Shown: positions 1 through 10,782 of the stretch, one piece after another
Layout of the letters: each line of letters starts with the position of its first letter
How positions within the stretch are numbered: the first letter of the stretch is position 1
Origin: Tubulanus polymorphus
Taxonomy: Eukaryota; Animalia; Nemertea
Direction of reading: 5' to 3'
NCBI RefSeq assembly: GCF_964204645.1
Contig: NC_134026.1
Location: 28,120,150-28,184,149, forward strand
Length of the DNA: 64,000 bases
Translations under genes and position numbers: made by a program
Notes under the pieces: generated by a model
Seen by the model: the letters and a program-made list of their open reading frames with translations, nothing else
The model's database searches: none
What the model was told of the DNA's origin: nothing

Positions 1-75
1 CTGTAGGTGTTGATTTAAGTGGAATGTTGTGGGTAGATGAAGCATTCTAAAAGCGAGGCAGGAGTCAAACACTGG

Positions 76-112
76 CTCTTTCTGGGAGTTTAAGGTGGTC
101 CTGACAAGGACC
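76..112 (-). terminator. Histone mRNA 3' stem-loop plus histone downstream element (U7 site)
   Basis: Minus strand reads AAATC-GGTCCT-TGTC-AGGACC-ACC (hairpin 97-112), then purine-rich CAGAAAGAG (76-84), 35 nt past the H1 stop. Confidence 0.9.
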
Positions 113-147
113 GATTTAGACCTCAAAAGAACGCCGTAGGCTGAAAT

Positions 148-756
148 TTACTTTTTGGCTGCAGTTTTCTTGGTAGCCGCTTTCTTCGCTGGAGTCTTCT
201 TCTTAGCCGGTTTGGCTGCTGACTTCTTGGTTGGAGTTTTGGTTTTCTTAGCGGCAGGCTTGGCTGCTGCGGCCTTCTTTTTTGGCGAAGCTTTAGCGGC
301 TTTCTTCGCGGTGGCTTTCTTAGCGGCAGGCTTCTTCGCTTTCGGTTTAGCTGCTTGAGGTTTGGTGACCTTCTTGGCGACTGGTTTCTTCACGACTTTC
401 TTCGGTTTGGCTGCGGTTTTCTCCTCTTTCTTTGCTTCCTGACTCAATCTGAAACGCCCCGACGCGCCTTGACCTTTGTTCATGTAACGAACGTAAGTTC
501 CCTTGACGAGTCCGGACTTCAGTTCTTTACGGATAAAGACACCTTGACGGTCGATGTCAACTTTAAATTGTCCAGCGATGTGCTTCTTGATGGCAGCCAG
601 CGACGAACCAGTTTTCTCTCCCAATGCGGTGATCGCGGCTTTCACCATAACGTTGAATGGAGGATGAGCGGCTGGAGCCTTCGGTTTCGCAGTCTTCTTG
701 GCAGCGACGGCCTTCTTAGCGGGCGAGGCTGGAGCGGCGGCTTCGGCGTCAGACAT
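148..756 (-). CDS. H1: Histone H1 (linker histone), intronless, replication-dependent type
   Basis: 202-aa ORF: globular domain HPPFNVMVKAAITALGEKTGSSLAAIKKHI...KGQGASGRFRL with a Lys/Ala/Pro-rich tail; 3' stem-loop follows. Confidence 0.97.
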   Translation of the reverse strand: MSDAEAAAPASPAKKAVAAKKTAKPKAPAAHPPFNVMVKAAITALGEKTGSSLAAIKKHIAGQFKVDIDRQGVFIRKELKSGLVKGTYVRYMNKGQGASGRFRLSQEAKKEEKTAAKPKKVVKKPVAKKVTKPQAAKPKAKKPAAKKATAKKAAKASPKKKAAAAKPAAKKTKTPTKKSAAKPAKKKTPAKKAATKKTAAKK

Positions 757-3376
757 ATTTGAAGGTAGTTGATGCGAGTCTCGTAGATCAGAACGCGTGA
801 GCTTTATTAACGGTTTACTGTTCGAGTGATGTCCACCCCGCCGATACGCGCCTGTATATGTTCAACTATTGCCGACGCGCACGTACCGCTGTTAGATGCA
901 GAGCATACGATTCTACTCAGCTGAATTCAGCGACGCAGATTTTGTGCTGGATGATGCTGATAAAGGTTTAATTTCTTGCGTTAGCACTCTTAAATCTGAA
1001 AATTATTTTCGTATTCTGACAGCAAAGATATTACTCCATCAATCGATGTAATCAAATCGAAATTTTAGATTACTTAACGGTGTCGAAATTGCGGTTTCTT
1101 AAGGTCAATTGCAGAAAATGAAATGAAACTTTGTTTTAGAGCTAGAAATTAAGACGTTTCATACCTGTGAATCTATCTACTTGTTTCATAGTAAAGATGA
1201 TGTTGTTAACTATCAACTGACGAAGTTTCGTGAAATTTCGAAATGTAAAACCGGTGAAATATGACGATTTATTTTTGACCCTACGTCTAGAGCAGTTTCT
1301 ATAGTCACACGCGGTGGACACCATTCGGGTCCTTTTTTAAATCGACCCGGTGCAGAGCACATGATTAGATACGTAGAACAAACTTTATAATATGATTAAG
1401 CCTATTATTTCAAATAATCTTCGTATCAAATTTTGTATATATTTTCATGCGAAGTTGTTCAATTATAGTTCAAGAGTGATATGGCTCGGCGGCGTCCCTG
1501 AACCATTCTCCTTCTCAATTTCTCCATAGACTGTATTACTTACTTCAGTTCATTTATTGCCAAACATTTTCAAAGTCTTTAATGAAATGCAAAAAAAGTA
1601 CTGAAAACAAATAAAGAGGTACCGGAATCAAGCATGGATTTGGATAATGATAAGACCAAAAAATGTTCTTATCGGCGCGGGTAGGAATGGCCCGTACTGA
1701 TTCAGACGCCATCTATCGGAATACGGTGTCAACAACGTTTGAAGAATGCGCTACTCTGAATATCCCGTCGGATAAATGCATCTCTCCCCTCTCAATCTAT
1801 CTCCTCTCTCGATTTGTGTCAATTGATTGAATAATGAAAAAAATTGAAGAAAACAGCCAAAACGCATGCATTCAGAACATATCGCCTTTTCATTCAACTG
1901 AAACATTTTATTAAAATAAAAGAAGCAAAAGACAATTTATTACAAAATGATTTCATTTTATTTGGAACAAAATGATTAATACTGCCAAACAATAGGTACT
2001 GCCATTTTTTAACAACTGAAGTTCTGTTCCATAGTTCTACAAATGACTTTACCACCTAAAAAACCTTGAGAAAATTGTTCAGACCTGGACTCGGGCCAAG
2101 AAATGCAATAATCATACCATACCACATGGGGGAAAAGAGGAATGTGGTACAATAAACAATAACAGTTCAATTATCATCGACCAGTCAAATTCGAACTTGT
2201 ATATGTTTAGATTTTTGTCACATCAAAATTGCACATGTATTCCGATATCATTATTATCTATATATCTAGTATTCGATCTTATCAGTATCATTAATATTTA
2301 TCGGGAATAAAATGTCAAGAAATCAAGTTTCAAAGTTGTGGCACCAAGGATCTTCACCTCAAACGTAGCCATCAATTAACTCATTCATACACAATAGTAT
2401 CATGAGTAATAGTAGTAGGATAGCGAAGTACACAACACAATAACAAAAACGCAAACAAAATAAAACACAAAGTATGGGAATTAACCTCATAAAATACTAA
2501 AATAAACCACAAAATAAAATAAAACTAAGTATCTAAGACAATAACATGGCGGCATAACTCAATCAATTCTAATATTGGTTATCTCAAATGGATAGAGTTG
2601 ATTAATGACCAGCAAAACACGATAAAACACTTGATGAACTCGAAGAACAATTATTCATCAGATATATCTACATGAATACAAAATTATTGTAAATAATGTC
2701 TTAAGGAGTCATTGAATAGTAAAACAGTTAATTTCAACTAAAAATCATTTTTCAGTTACTCAACAGAACCTATTGTAAAACCTATTGTAGTGATACAAGT
2801 GTTAACGTACAGATCTGTGAAAAATGTTTATAATATAAACGCAGCGAGATTCAATAATGAACAGGACACGTAATTCATCTGGTAATATGCATAGAAATAA
2901 CATAAATATATGATCACAGATCTACATCATATATCATAAAGAGAATATGAAAATACAGTAACAGATGAAAGAATATATGAAAATATATAACGATATCAAT
3001 TATGTTATTGAAATTAATGCAATAGAAGTATAAGTTGTTCAAGTTTGTAGCCCTGTCTACACTAATCACTGAAAGCGTTACCAAAATCTCCTTTAAGGGT
3101 GGCAACCAAAAACCACTTTCTCTGGAATCGTTTTATGGTGTAGATAAGGCTTCTATCGAGTGGCAAATATTTAGAATCTCTATAGAAATTAATCTCAAGT
3201 TTTTTACATGTGACATACCGGGTAACCACAAAGCACAACTGAATATCACTATAGTATCGTATATTCTGTAGATAAAACAGCTAATAGAGAATCTATGGAT
3301 TAGAAAGATCTAAGATTGATTCATACAATAATGCACATGCACCGATATTCCCTGAAATCATACTTCAATGAATATT

Positions 3377-5742
3377 TCACTGATCATCTCCATCAGGAGC
3401 AGTATTTGCGTTTTGATCTTCAACAACTTGAAAAATGGCAATAACGTCATTCTTAGGTCTCGATACTGGCAACCATTTATATTTGAGATCTTGTCCTTCC
3501 GGTAATTTCCAAGTATATTTAGACACAAGTAGGGCAGCAGTCATCTGTTGAATAATTGAGTAAATCAGTATATATTTTTTTAGCTTTATTGACAATGTGT
3601 GAGTATTTGTACTACCTTGATGATTCCCCATGAGAAATTTTTACCAACACATCCACGCGCGCCACTACCAAAGGCTACAAGCTTATCGCGGTCATCTTTA
3701 TTACTGAAAAAAAAATCCCAATATTTACAAACAGCCATTCAAAATTTCCAAAAAAAACTTCCTAGATTTTATCTCAACTTCTGAGGCCCAGTAGAGCCTT
3801 CGTAATTACCTACCATGTCATCCACCGTTCAGGAATAAATTTTTCTGGTTGACTGAATATACATGGATCCCTGTGTATAGAATAAGTTGTATACATTACT
3901 GCCCAACCTTTACTGAACTTATATCCAAGAACTTCGAAATCCTGTAAAAAGATAGTAGACATCAAGTCACGTCTTGGGCAAGTTTTGAAAGCTGAAATAT
4001 CAAACATCAACTTTACTACCTTGCGTATCAAGCGCCGGCCAGCAGCGAATGGAGGCCACAGTCTAATGGTTTCTAGAAGAATACTTTCAAGATAATCTGA
4101 TGATGACTGCATGTTTTTCATAGTAGACTCAATCTCCTGATATGTAACAATAAAATAGATAATCAATACTACAGATTGCTTGTTGTAGGCCTATATTTCA
4201 GTAGCAAAAGTAGTAGTAAAATTCAGTCTCTTACATCCAAGTCAAGAGTAGATCCTATAACAAATGAAGTTAATATCGATGCAAATGCTTTTGGAACCAA
4301 GGCTGATGTGAGCAGTAATAAATGGTTGACAATGGATGATTCTGTTGGAAATGATGATGGTAATATCAATTTCAAGAACCCTTTAGCAGAATTCTGAACC
4401 TTTTCCTCTATGATATGAATTAACTTGTCCTAGAAGTTAAAAAAAAAACATTCATAGATTTTTACTGTCTTAATTTTTCAGCCCTTAATCCAATCACATG
4501 ATGACTACCCGGTACTTACCCTTGCTTGCACAGCTTTTGCAAATGTGGATTTACCCATTCCAAGTAATTTCACATTTAAAGGGACAGAAATTATACCTGA
4601 AGAAATATGTTAAAGGTATTTGTGAGTGTCATTCCAATAACAGTAAAACATTAGATAAATTAGTTTGACACTAACCATGCCAGTGAGTTGTGGTAAGATT
4701 TACAATTGTCGATGCTAATTCAGTAGATTCTTCAAAGTCTAGATCAAGAAAAACGCTTAAACAAATCTCCGTCATCATACGTTTAAAGAACTCATACACC
4801 TTGATCTGAGCTGTGTTAGTAAGTTGACCCAATGATTTCTGTATTATGCTATGGAAAAACGAGAAATTTGTAACTTATCATGTTTATATACATACAATGG
4901 AGAGATATTCAAGTGTATTTGTCCTACCTCTCAATCTTTGAATGAAAGTTGGACATTTTTCCATGTGAAAAAAGATTTGACATCAACAAACGTAGATTAT
5001 GCGCTTCAGGTCCTTAAAACATGTTCAATGATATTTTGAAAATGAAATCACAAATTGAAGAAAAACCTGCAACATCATCGAGATACAACTTAACTATACC
5101 TTCTGTAAATAGGATATTTTGTCCGAAGATTTCGCCCATTAATGATTTATAACCCAGCTCCAGATTATCTGTTTGATCTATTTGAATAAAATGGTCCAAT
5201 TATTGATGAAACACTCAGTGTTGTAAGGAAAATAATAAAGAAAATCCCAAACTTGGAAAGGAAAACAAGCCTGAAAAGGTTTCTATTAGTTTATGATTTC
5301 ATCTTCGATGTTTGGACTGCAGTATTCCTGATTGATAAGGCTCAATTAGTCAAGATGTCAAAAAAAATTTATCAATTAAGGAAACCTTTTCAGACTTGAT
5401 TTTCTTTCTGGGTAGGGACTATGGGATTTTCTATTGAAATTGAATACTTATTTAGATTTGCTTAATCAGAAATAACTGGTACCGAACAACAGTGATATCT
5501 ATAACTAACGGCATCTACTTACCGCTTAGAAGTTCCCTAGCAACTGTATTAGACCCGACGAACACAGTCGGTTTATTCAGAATACGTGATACAAAAACCC
5601 GCGATTGATGTTCATTGATTTTAGTTTCGACAAAGTCGACCGGATCGGCATAATATTCATAAGATTTGTCCCCAATGACGGGAAACCCTGCATTCCCTGG
5701 TATGCCATTAAATCCATCATCTAATGCGGCCATCATCATCAT
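3377..5742 (-). CDS. Cytochrome P450, CYP26-clan-like (CYP16/'CYP120-like' type), ~10 exons
   Basis: Spliced translation gives IPGNAGFPVIG hinge, ExxR (ETIR), PERW and heme motif FGSGARGCVG (~3645-3675). GT-AG introns, e.g. exons 5523-5742 and 5100-5177; stop at 3377-3379. Confidence 0.92.
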
Positions 5743-6507
5743 ACATGTTCATTTACCCCATACAGCGACAACTTCTAACTGGTCTCTTCTTATAGTTATA
5801 GTGTAGTTTTAAGAAAGACTATGAACCTAAAATACGCAAGTACTGTAAAATACACAAGTAGGCTACTACACAAAATTCACAAATATACGACTGCAGCGGC
5901 GAAAGCCGCGGCAATAATTTACTGAATGACGTTTTTTTTTTTAATACAAGCTTTTGAAGAAATTAAGTAAATTCGCCGCGGCAATATTTAGAACCTGTCC
6001 AAAATTGGTAGGCCTACTTTTGGCCACGGCATTCAAAAATTGCTTCCATCGCGCCTGCGATACCACTCATAATATTGAAACTCAAAGCTCTGCCTCTGCT
6101 GGCATGTCTTTGGTCTTCGACATTCATTCATTTAAGTCTGAACAACGTCAACGACAACATTAACCAGTTGTTAACATACTTAATCTTCTTAGCTTAGGCC
6201 TTTCATCGTCTAATTAGTACCTAGCCAAAAGCGATAACGAACGTTAGGGGCCTAACTGATAATAAAAACAACCACACTATTAGAGCCTACAGTGTGATCT
6301 TTCTTACGTTGTTGCACAGGTGGTTGGTGGTTGGCCTATACATGATTTCGAGAATGAAATAGACAGGTCGAGGTCAGGACACGGTTCGATGAATGCACGG
6401 GAATAGGTGAATGTCGCCGCAATGTGAGATCCGATGCAGCGAAAAGATCGAATCCGGAAAATAATTTGAATTGAATTGTTCATCGCGGTACTCTGTACGA
6501 CGGAGCA

Positions 6508-9500
6508 ATGGCGGCTAGCGTAAGAAAACTTCCGAATCTCAAGATTTGCGTCGAGAAAAGTGACGATGAAGAGTCTAACGATGCTCGGGGAACTGAGACA
6601 CGCATTTCGTCGGACGAAGGAGAACAGACGGAAGTGAGTAAATTAGAAGAAGTAGAATTCAGTGTCGCTATTAAGGATTTAGACGCGATCAAACAGCGAC
6701 GACGTGAACAATATCCAACAACAGGATCACTTCCGGGTTTGAGTGCTGTGAGTATAGAACGCCGTTGAAATATTCCAGTCATGCTTTCCCATCATCCTAT
6801 TTCATGTGTTTACACTCCAAATTTATCTCAACTAACAGACTTCTGGTCCGAAGAAGTATGAAAATCGATCTGGCGATTTCATAACCGGTTTTAATCTTAC
6901 TACTGAGGTAAGTATGGACTTTTTTGTTTTGATTTATCATTAGTTAGGCCTAATGTCTGTTTATTAATTGATGAGACCTGTTTTTCTGGGATATTTTGCT
7001 TACTTTTTGGGGTACATACCTCATTTATGTCTTAACAGAATGCCAAAAATCGCGGACAACAACTGAATATCCGATATATTTCCAGTTCTGTACCAATTAG
7101 ATGGATTGGCAAAAAGACTCCTTAAGTCCAGTTTAATGAGAGAGAAAATCCTCCATTTTGTCAGATTTCTTGGATTTGAACATTGTTACCATGCCTACGC
7201 CACCCTGATTTAGTTGTTGAGACCCCACAAGAAAAATAACTTCATTTCGTAGGCATGGTGACAATGTAAAAATTCAAGAAATTTCACAAAATGGAGGATT
7301 TTCTCTCTCATTCAATTGGACTTAAGGAGTCTTTTTGCCAATCCATCTAATTGGTACAGAACTGGAAATATATTGGATATTCAGTTGTTGTCCGCGACTT
7401 TTGGCATTCTGTTAAGACATAAATGAGGTATGTACCCCAAAAAGTAAGCAAAATATCCAAGAAAAACAGGTCTCATCAATTAATAAATAGACATTAGTGC
7501 CGTAGTGGTTTTATTTGACTAGCCCAATGAAATTACATCCATATCCTGTGAGTGGTATTGTGTTAATGTTACTTTTAACATTTATTCTAGGAATTCAATG
7601 AGAAGAAACAACAAAGAGCTAAAAGGTTTGGTATATCATCAGATATACAACCGAAAGCTGTTACTGAAGAAGACCTTACTGGTTTATATGAGAGGTATTA
7701 TAAATATAGGCCTATTGGTTCTGCGTGTATTTTGAATCATTTGTTTGAATATAATGTTTATTCGATGTTTTATCTAAATCCAGTCTTGGAATCACGGAAC
7801 AAACAATAAGAAGGAGTGAACGAGGAATTCGCCCCGAGGCCATTCATCTGAGGGGAACTCATGAAATGAGCACTAGAGATGTTTTCAACTATTTCAAAGA
7901 TTTTTCTCCAGGCTCAATTGAGTGGATTGATGATGCCTCTTGTAAGTTTCTGATAACGAATTAAGTTGTTTCCATTGTTCTATTCATATTTCGATTATAT
8001 CTTTTTTGTTACTAGGCAATGTTGTTTGGATGGATCCATTGACTGCTGCCAGAGCTATGTTTCATTTGAGTTTTCCCACATCTAAACCAGAATCTAAAAA
8101 GAAGAAACCGGTGTCGAAACTGCCTGCTACCAGTGAGAGTATGGAAACTGAGAAAACCACTGAGAGTAACGAAACTAAAGATGGTAAAAACCTGAATAAA
8201 TTTTCATGCTTTTTTCATTTTTACACTGAATGATTCATATTTGATACAGAAATGATTCTTGTGTTTTAGAAAAAATGGAATCATCAGAGAACGCTAAGGA
8301 TTTACTGTTCGATGACGACCTAGATTTACTTAGTGATGATGAAAAAGAGAACAAAAAAGATACGCAAGAAATTAAACAGTCCAATGAGAACGTTGTTGTT
8401 TCTGATGAAAAGCAAGATGTGGTGTCAGAAAAAGCATCAGATAAAACACCTTCAGAAGAGTTAGAGGTATAGTTTCCTGAAACACTTTCAATGGAGCTCT
8501 CCTTCTCGAGCCGGTTGACACTTCAATGAACTTTTTGTAGGATGGAGAAATATCTGATGATGATGCAGGAGAACAGATGGCTGCTGATGTGACAAATGAT
8601 AGCAATCAAACACAGAAAGCTGATTTTGAAAATCTCTTCAAACCTCCTGGCATCTGGAGGATTGGCTTGCCTTATCAAAAGAATGAACTGTTCATGAGAT
8701 TTGCTACTAAAGGTGAGGAACCGCAAATTGAGGCAAGTTATTTTTGAATTGATAACAGCTGATCGATAATGGTGTAAAACTGTATGATTTCAGCTGACAA
8801 AAAATTGCCAGGTGCAGAAAGGAAGAGTAGATATTACCAAAAATATGGTAATCCAAACTATGGAGGTATGTGAAATAACACAAGATTTCTCAATACAGTA
8901 TGTTACAAACATCCTTACTATATTTGCTTAATCTCCGTTTTAGGTTCTAAGGGAGTTATCAGTATATCGAGGTAGGTAAACGTTGTTTCATTGTAGTTAT
9001 ACCATAGAGCAAAGGTGGGCTTAATTCACGTTTTTGATTTATTTAGAAAGCGCCGGTTACGTGATCGCCAACGTAAAGAGGAAAACTTTGAAGCGAAACT
9101 CGCAATTGAGCTTCAGAAAAAGGATTCGAAGTTAGATTCAAAATCAACGTGGTTATACGATGTTGAACAAGAACTACACGATGACCAACGTTTAATCGAT
9201 ATGCAAGATTCTGATAATGAATCAATGGATGTAGAGTTTGAATCAATACCGTCCAGTAGGTCACCGGCTCAACAGAAAAAGCCATTATTTTCTAAATCTA
9301 GTCGAGAAGCCATGTCCCTACGATTAGAAGGAGATTCAGGTAAACATATTACATCGCTATATTGAGGCGATATTAACTGTTTACAGTGTTTGATTATTAA
9401 TCGATTGATCTTTGAAAATAGACTCGGATAGCAGTTGTAGTGAGCCGGCTGATGGGGAGGAGGATGATCTGCAACTTCATCGTAGATTAAATCGCTTACC

Positions 9501-10069
9501 TGTCAGTGAAGCGGAAAACTCGGATGTTGATGATAATTTGCCACCAGTTATGAAGAAAAGGAAAATGAGGATGTACGCGGATGATGAAGAGAAAAAGATT
9601 AAAAAAAGAAAAAAGTAAGTTTTGTCGTTAATTATTTAGCATAAGATTAATAATAAATTTCATTTTGTTTTCGAATAAAATAGTTTATAACGATATGAAT
9701 TTAAAAGTTTCTTGACGTAGATTATTTGTAATTTTCAGAAAAATGTGGGAAGAACAAGTTATTACTGCTGGTGCTAGTGTAACATCCGCTGGTGACGCTC
9801 GCGATCGAATAATGAAACGTCAATTAGAACGCGAACAATACAGTACCGTTACTGTTTCTAGATATCGGGATGATAACAAAGATGAAAGCGATGATGATAG
9901 TGATGGTGATGATGATCGTCCCGTCGATAAGAATGCGAAGACTCAGTCGGGGGTCGATCTCCGATCTAAGTTGAGCAGTCGTAGGAAACATAGACATTCA
10001 CCGAAATCATCTACTAGTAAAAAGTATTTACCCCTACGAATTGAAGTGACTGCTTCTGATGATGATTGA
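6508..10069 (+). CDS. NCBP3: Nuclear cap-binding protein subunit 3 (multi-exon)
   Basis: Exons encode KYENRSGDFITGF, RAKRFG, RRM RPEAIHLRGTHEMSTRDVFNYF..IEWIDDASCNVVW, LFMRFATKADKK, SRYYQKYGNPNYGG and KMRMYADDEE, all typical of NCBP3. Confidence 0.93.
6950..7497. mobile_element. Foldback/MITE-like element in NCBP3 intron 2
   Basis: ~250-bp near-perfect inverted arms (6950-7199 / 7248-7497) with 48-bp spacer; right flank continues ...GCCGTAGTG (reverse complement CACTACGGC), left end lacks this. Confidence 0.85.
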
Positions 10070-10782
10070 TATTTGATATTCTGCAGCGTTTGCGAACCGT
10101 GTTTTTTAATAGTTACTGCTATTTAAATCGAATAGTCGATAGGTATTTTTCACCGCAATTTTCAGAATCACAGGAACATCAAAAACTATACTGCATTTAA
10201 GAAGAAAATTAGTTCTCAACAACTTCAATAGTGTAATGTTTGCGTGTAATCACGTTATCTTTTCATGGCATGAAAAAATCTTGTTCATGTTATATATTTA
10301 TATAGAAAGAATGAGAATGAAATTGTATAATATAAAGAATCCCTGGAATATGGTGTTTTCATTATTGCTGCTGAATCACGTTTCTCATAGATTTCGATTT
10401 TTATGATGGTATCAATCCACAATCTTAGACCTGACCCTTCAAAAGAGTTTGACTTGAGACGAAAATTGCCATTCAATGCCGCTTGGATTCATCTCTGCTA
10501 GACGTTGATTTTATCACCACTCTTTCGAAAAGTTATAATCCAGATTTTACAGGAGACATTAAATCCTTGATGGATGGGATCCGGGCTGCAAATTGATCAA
10601 CTAGCAATCGATCGATGTATCCGGCCCGACAGATAGTTGTCTTCTGAACGGTTAGTGGCGGTAAATAACATACTCTCTAGGGGGCGGTGTTTGCAAATAA
10701 ACTTTGACAGGAAGAATATTTTTTCCGGTTGCATCTCAGATTTGACAACTTTTACTCCGTTGAGAAATAGATTTACAGTAAG

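Noticed and set aside
155-762. Plus-strand ORFs overlapping H1
   Set aside because: Antisense shadows of the Lys/Ala codon bias of H1.
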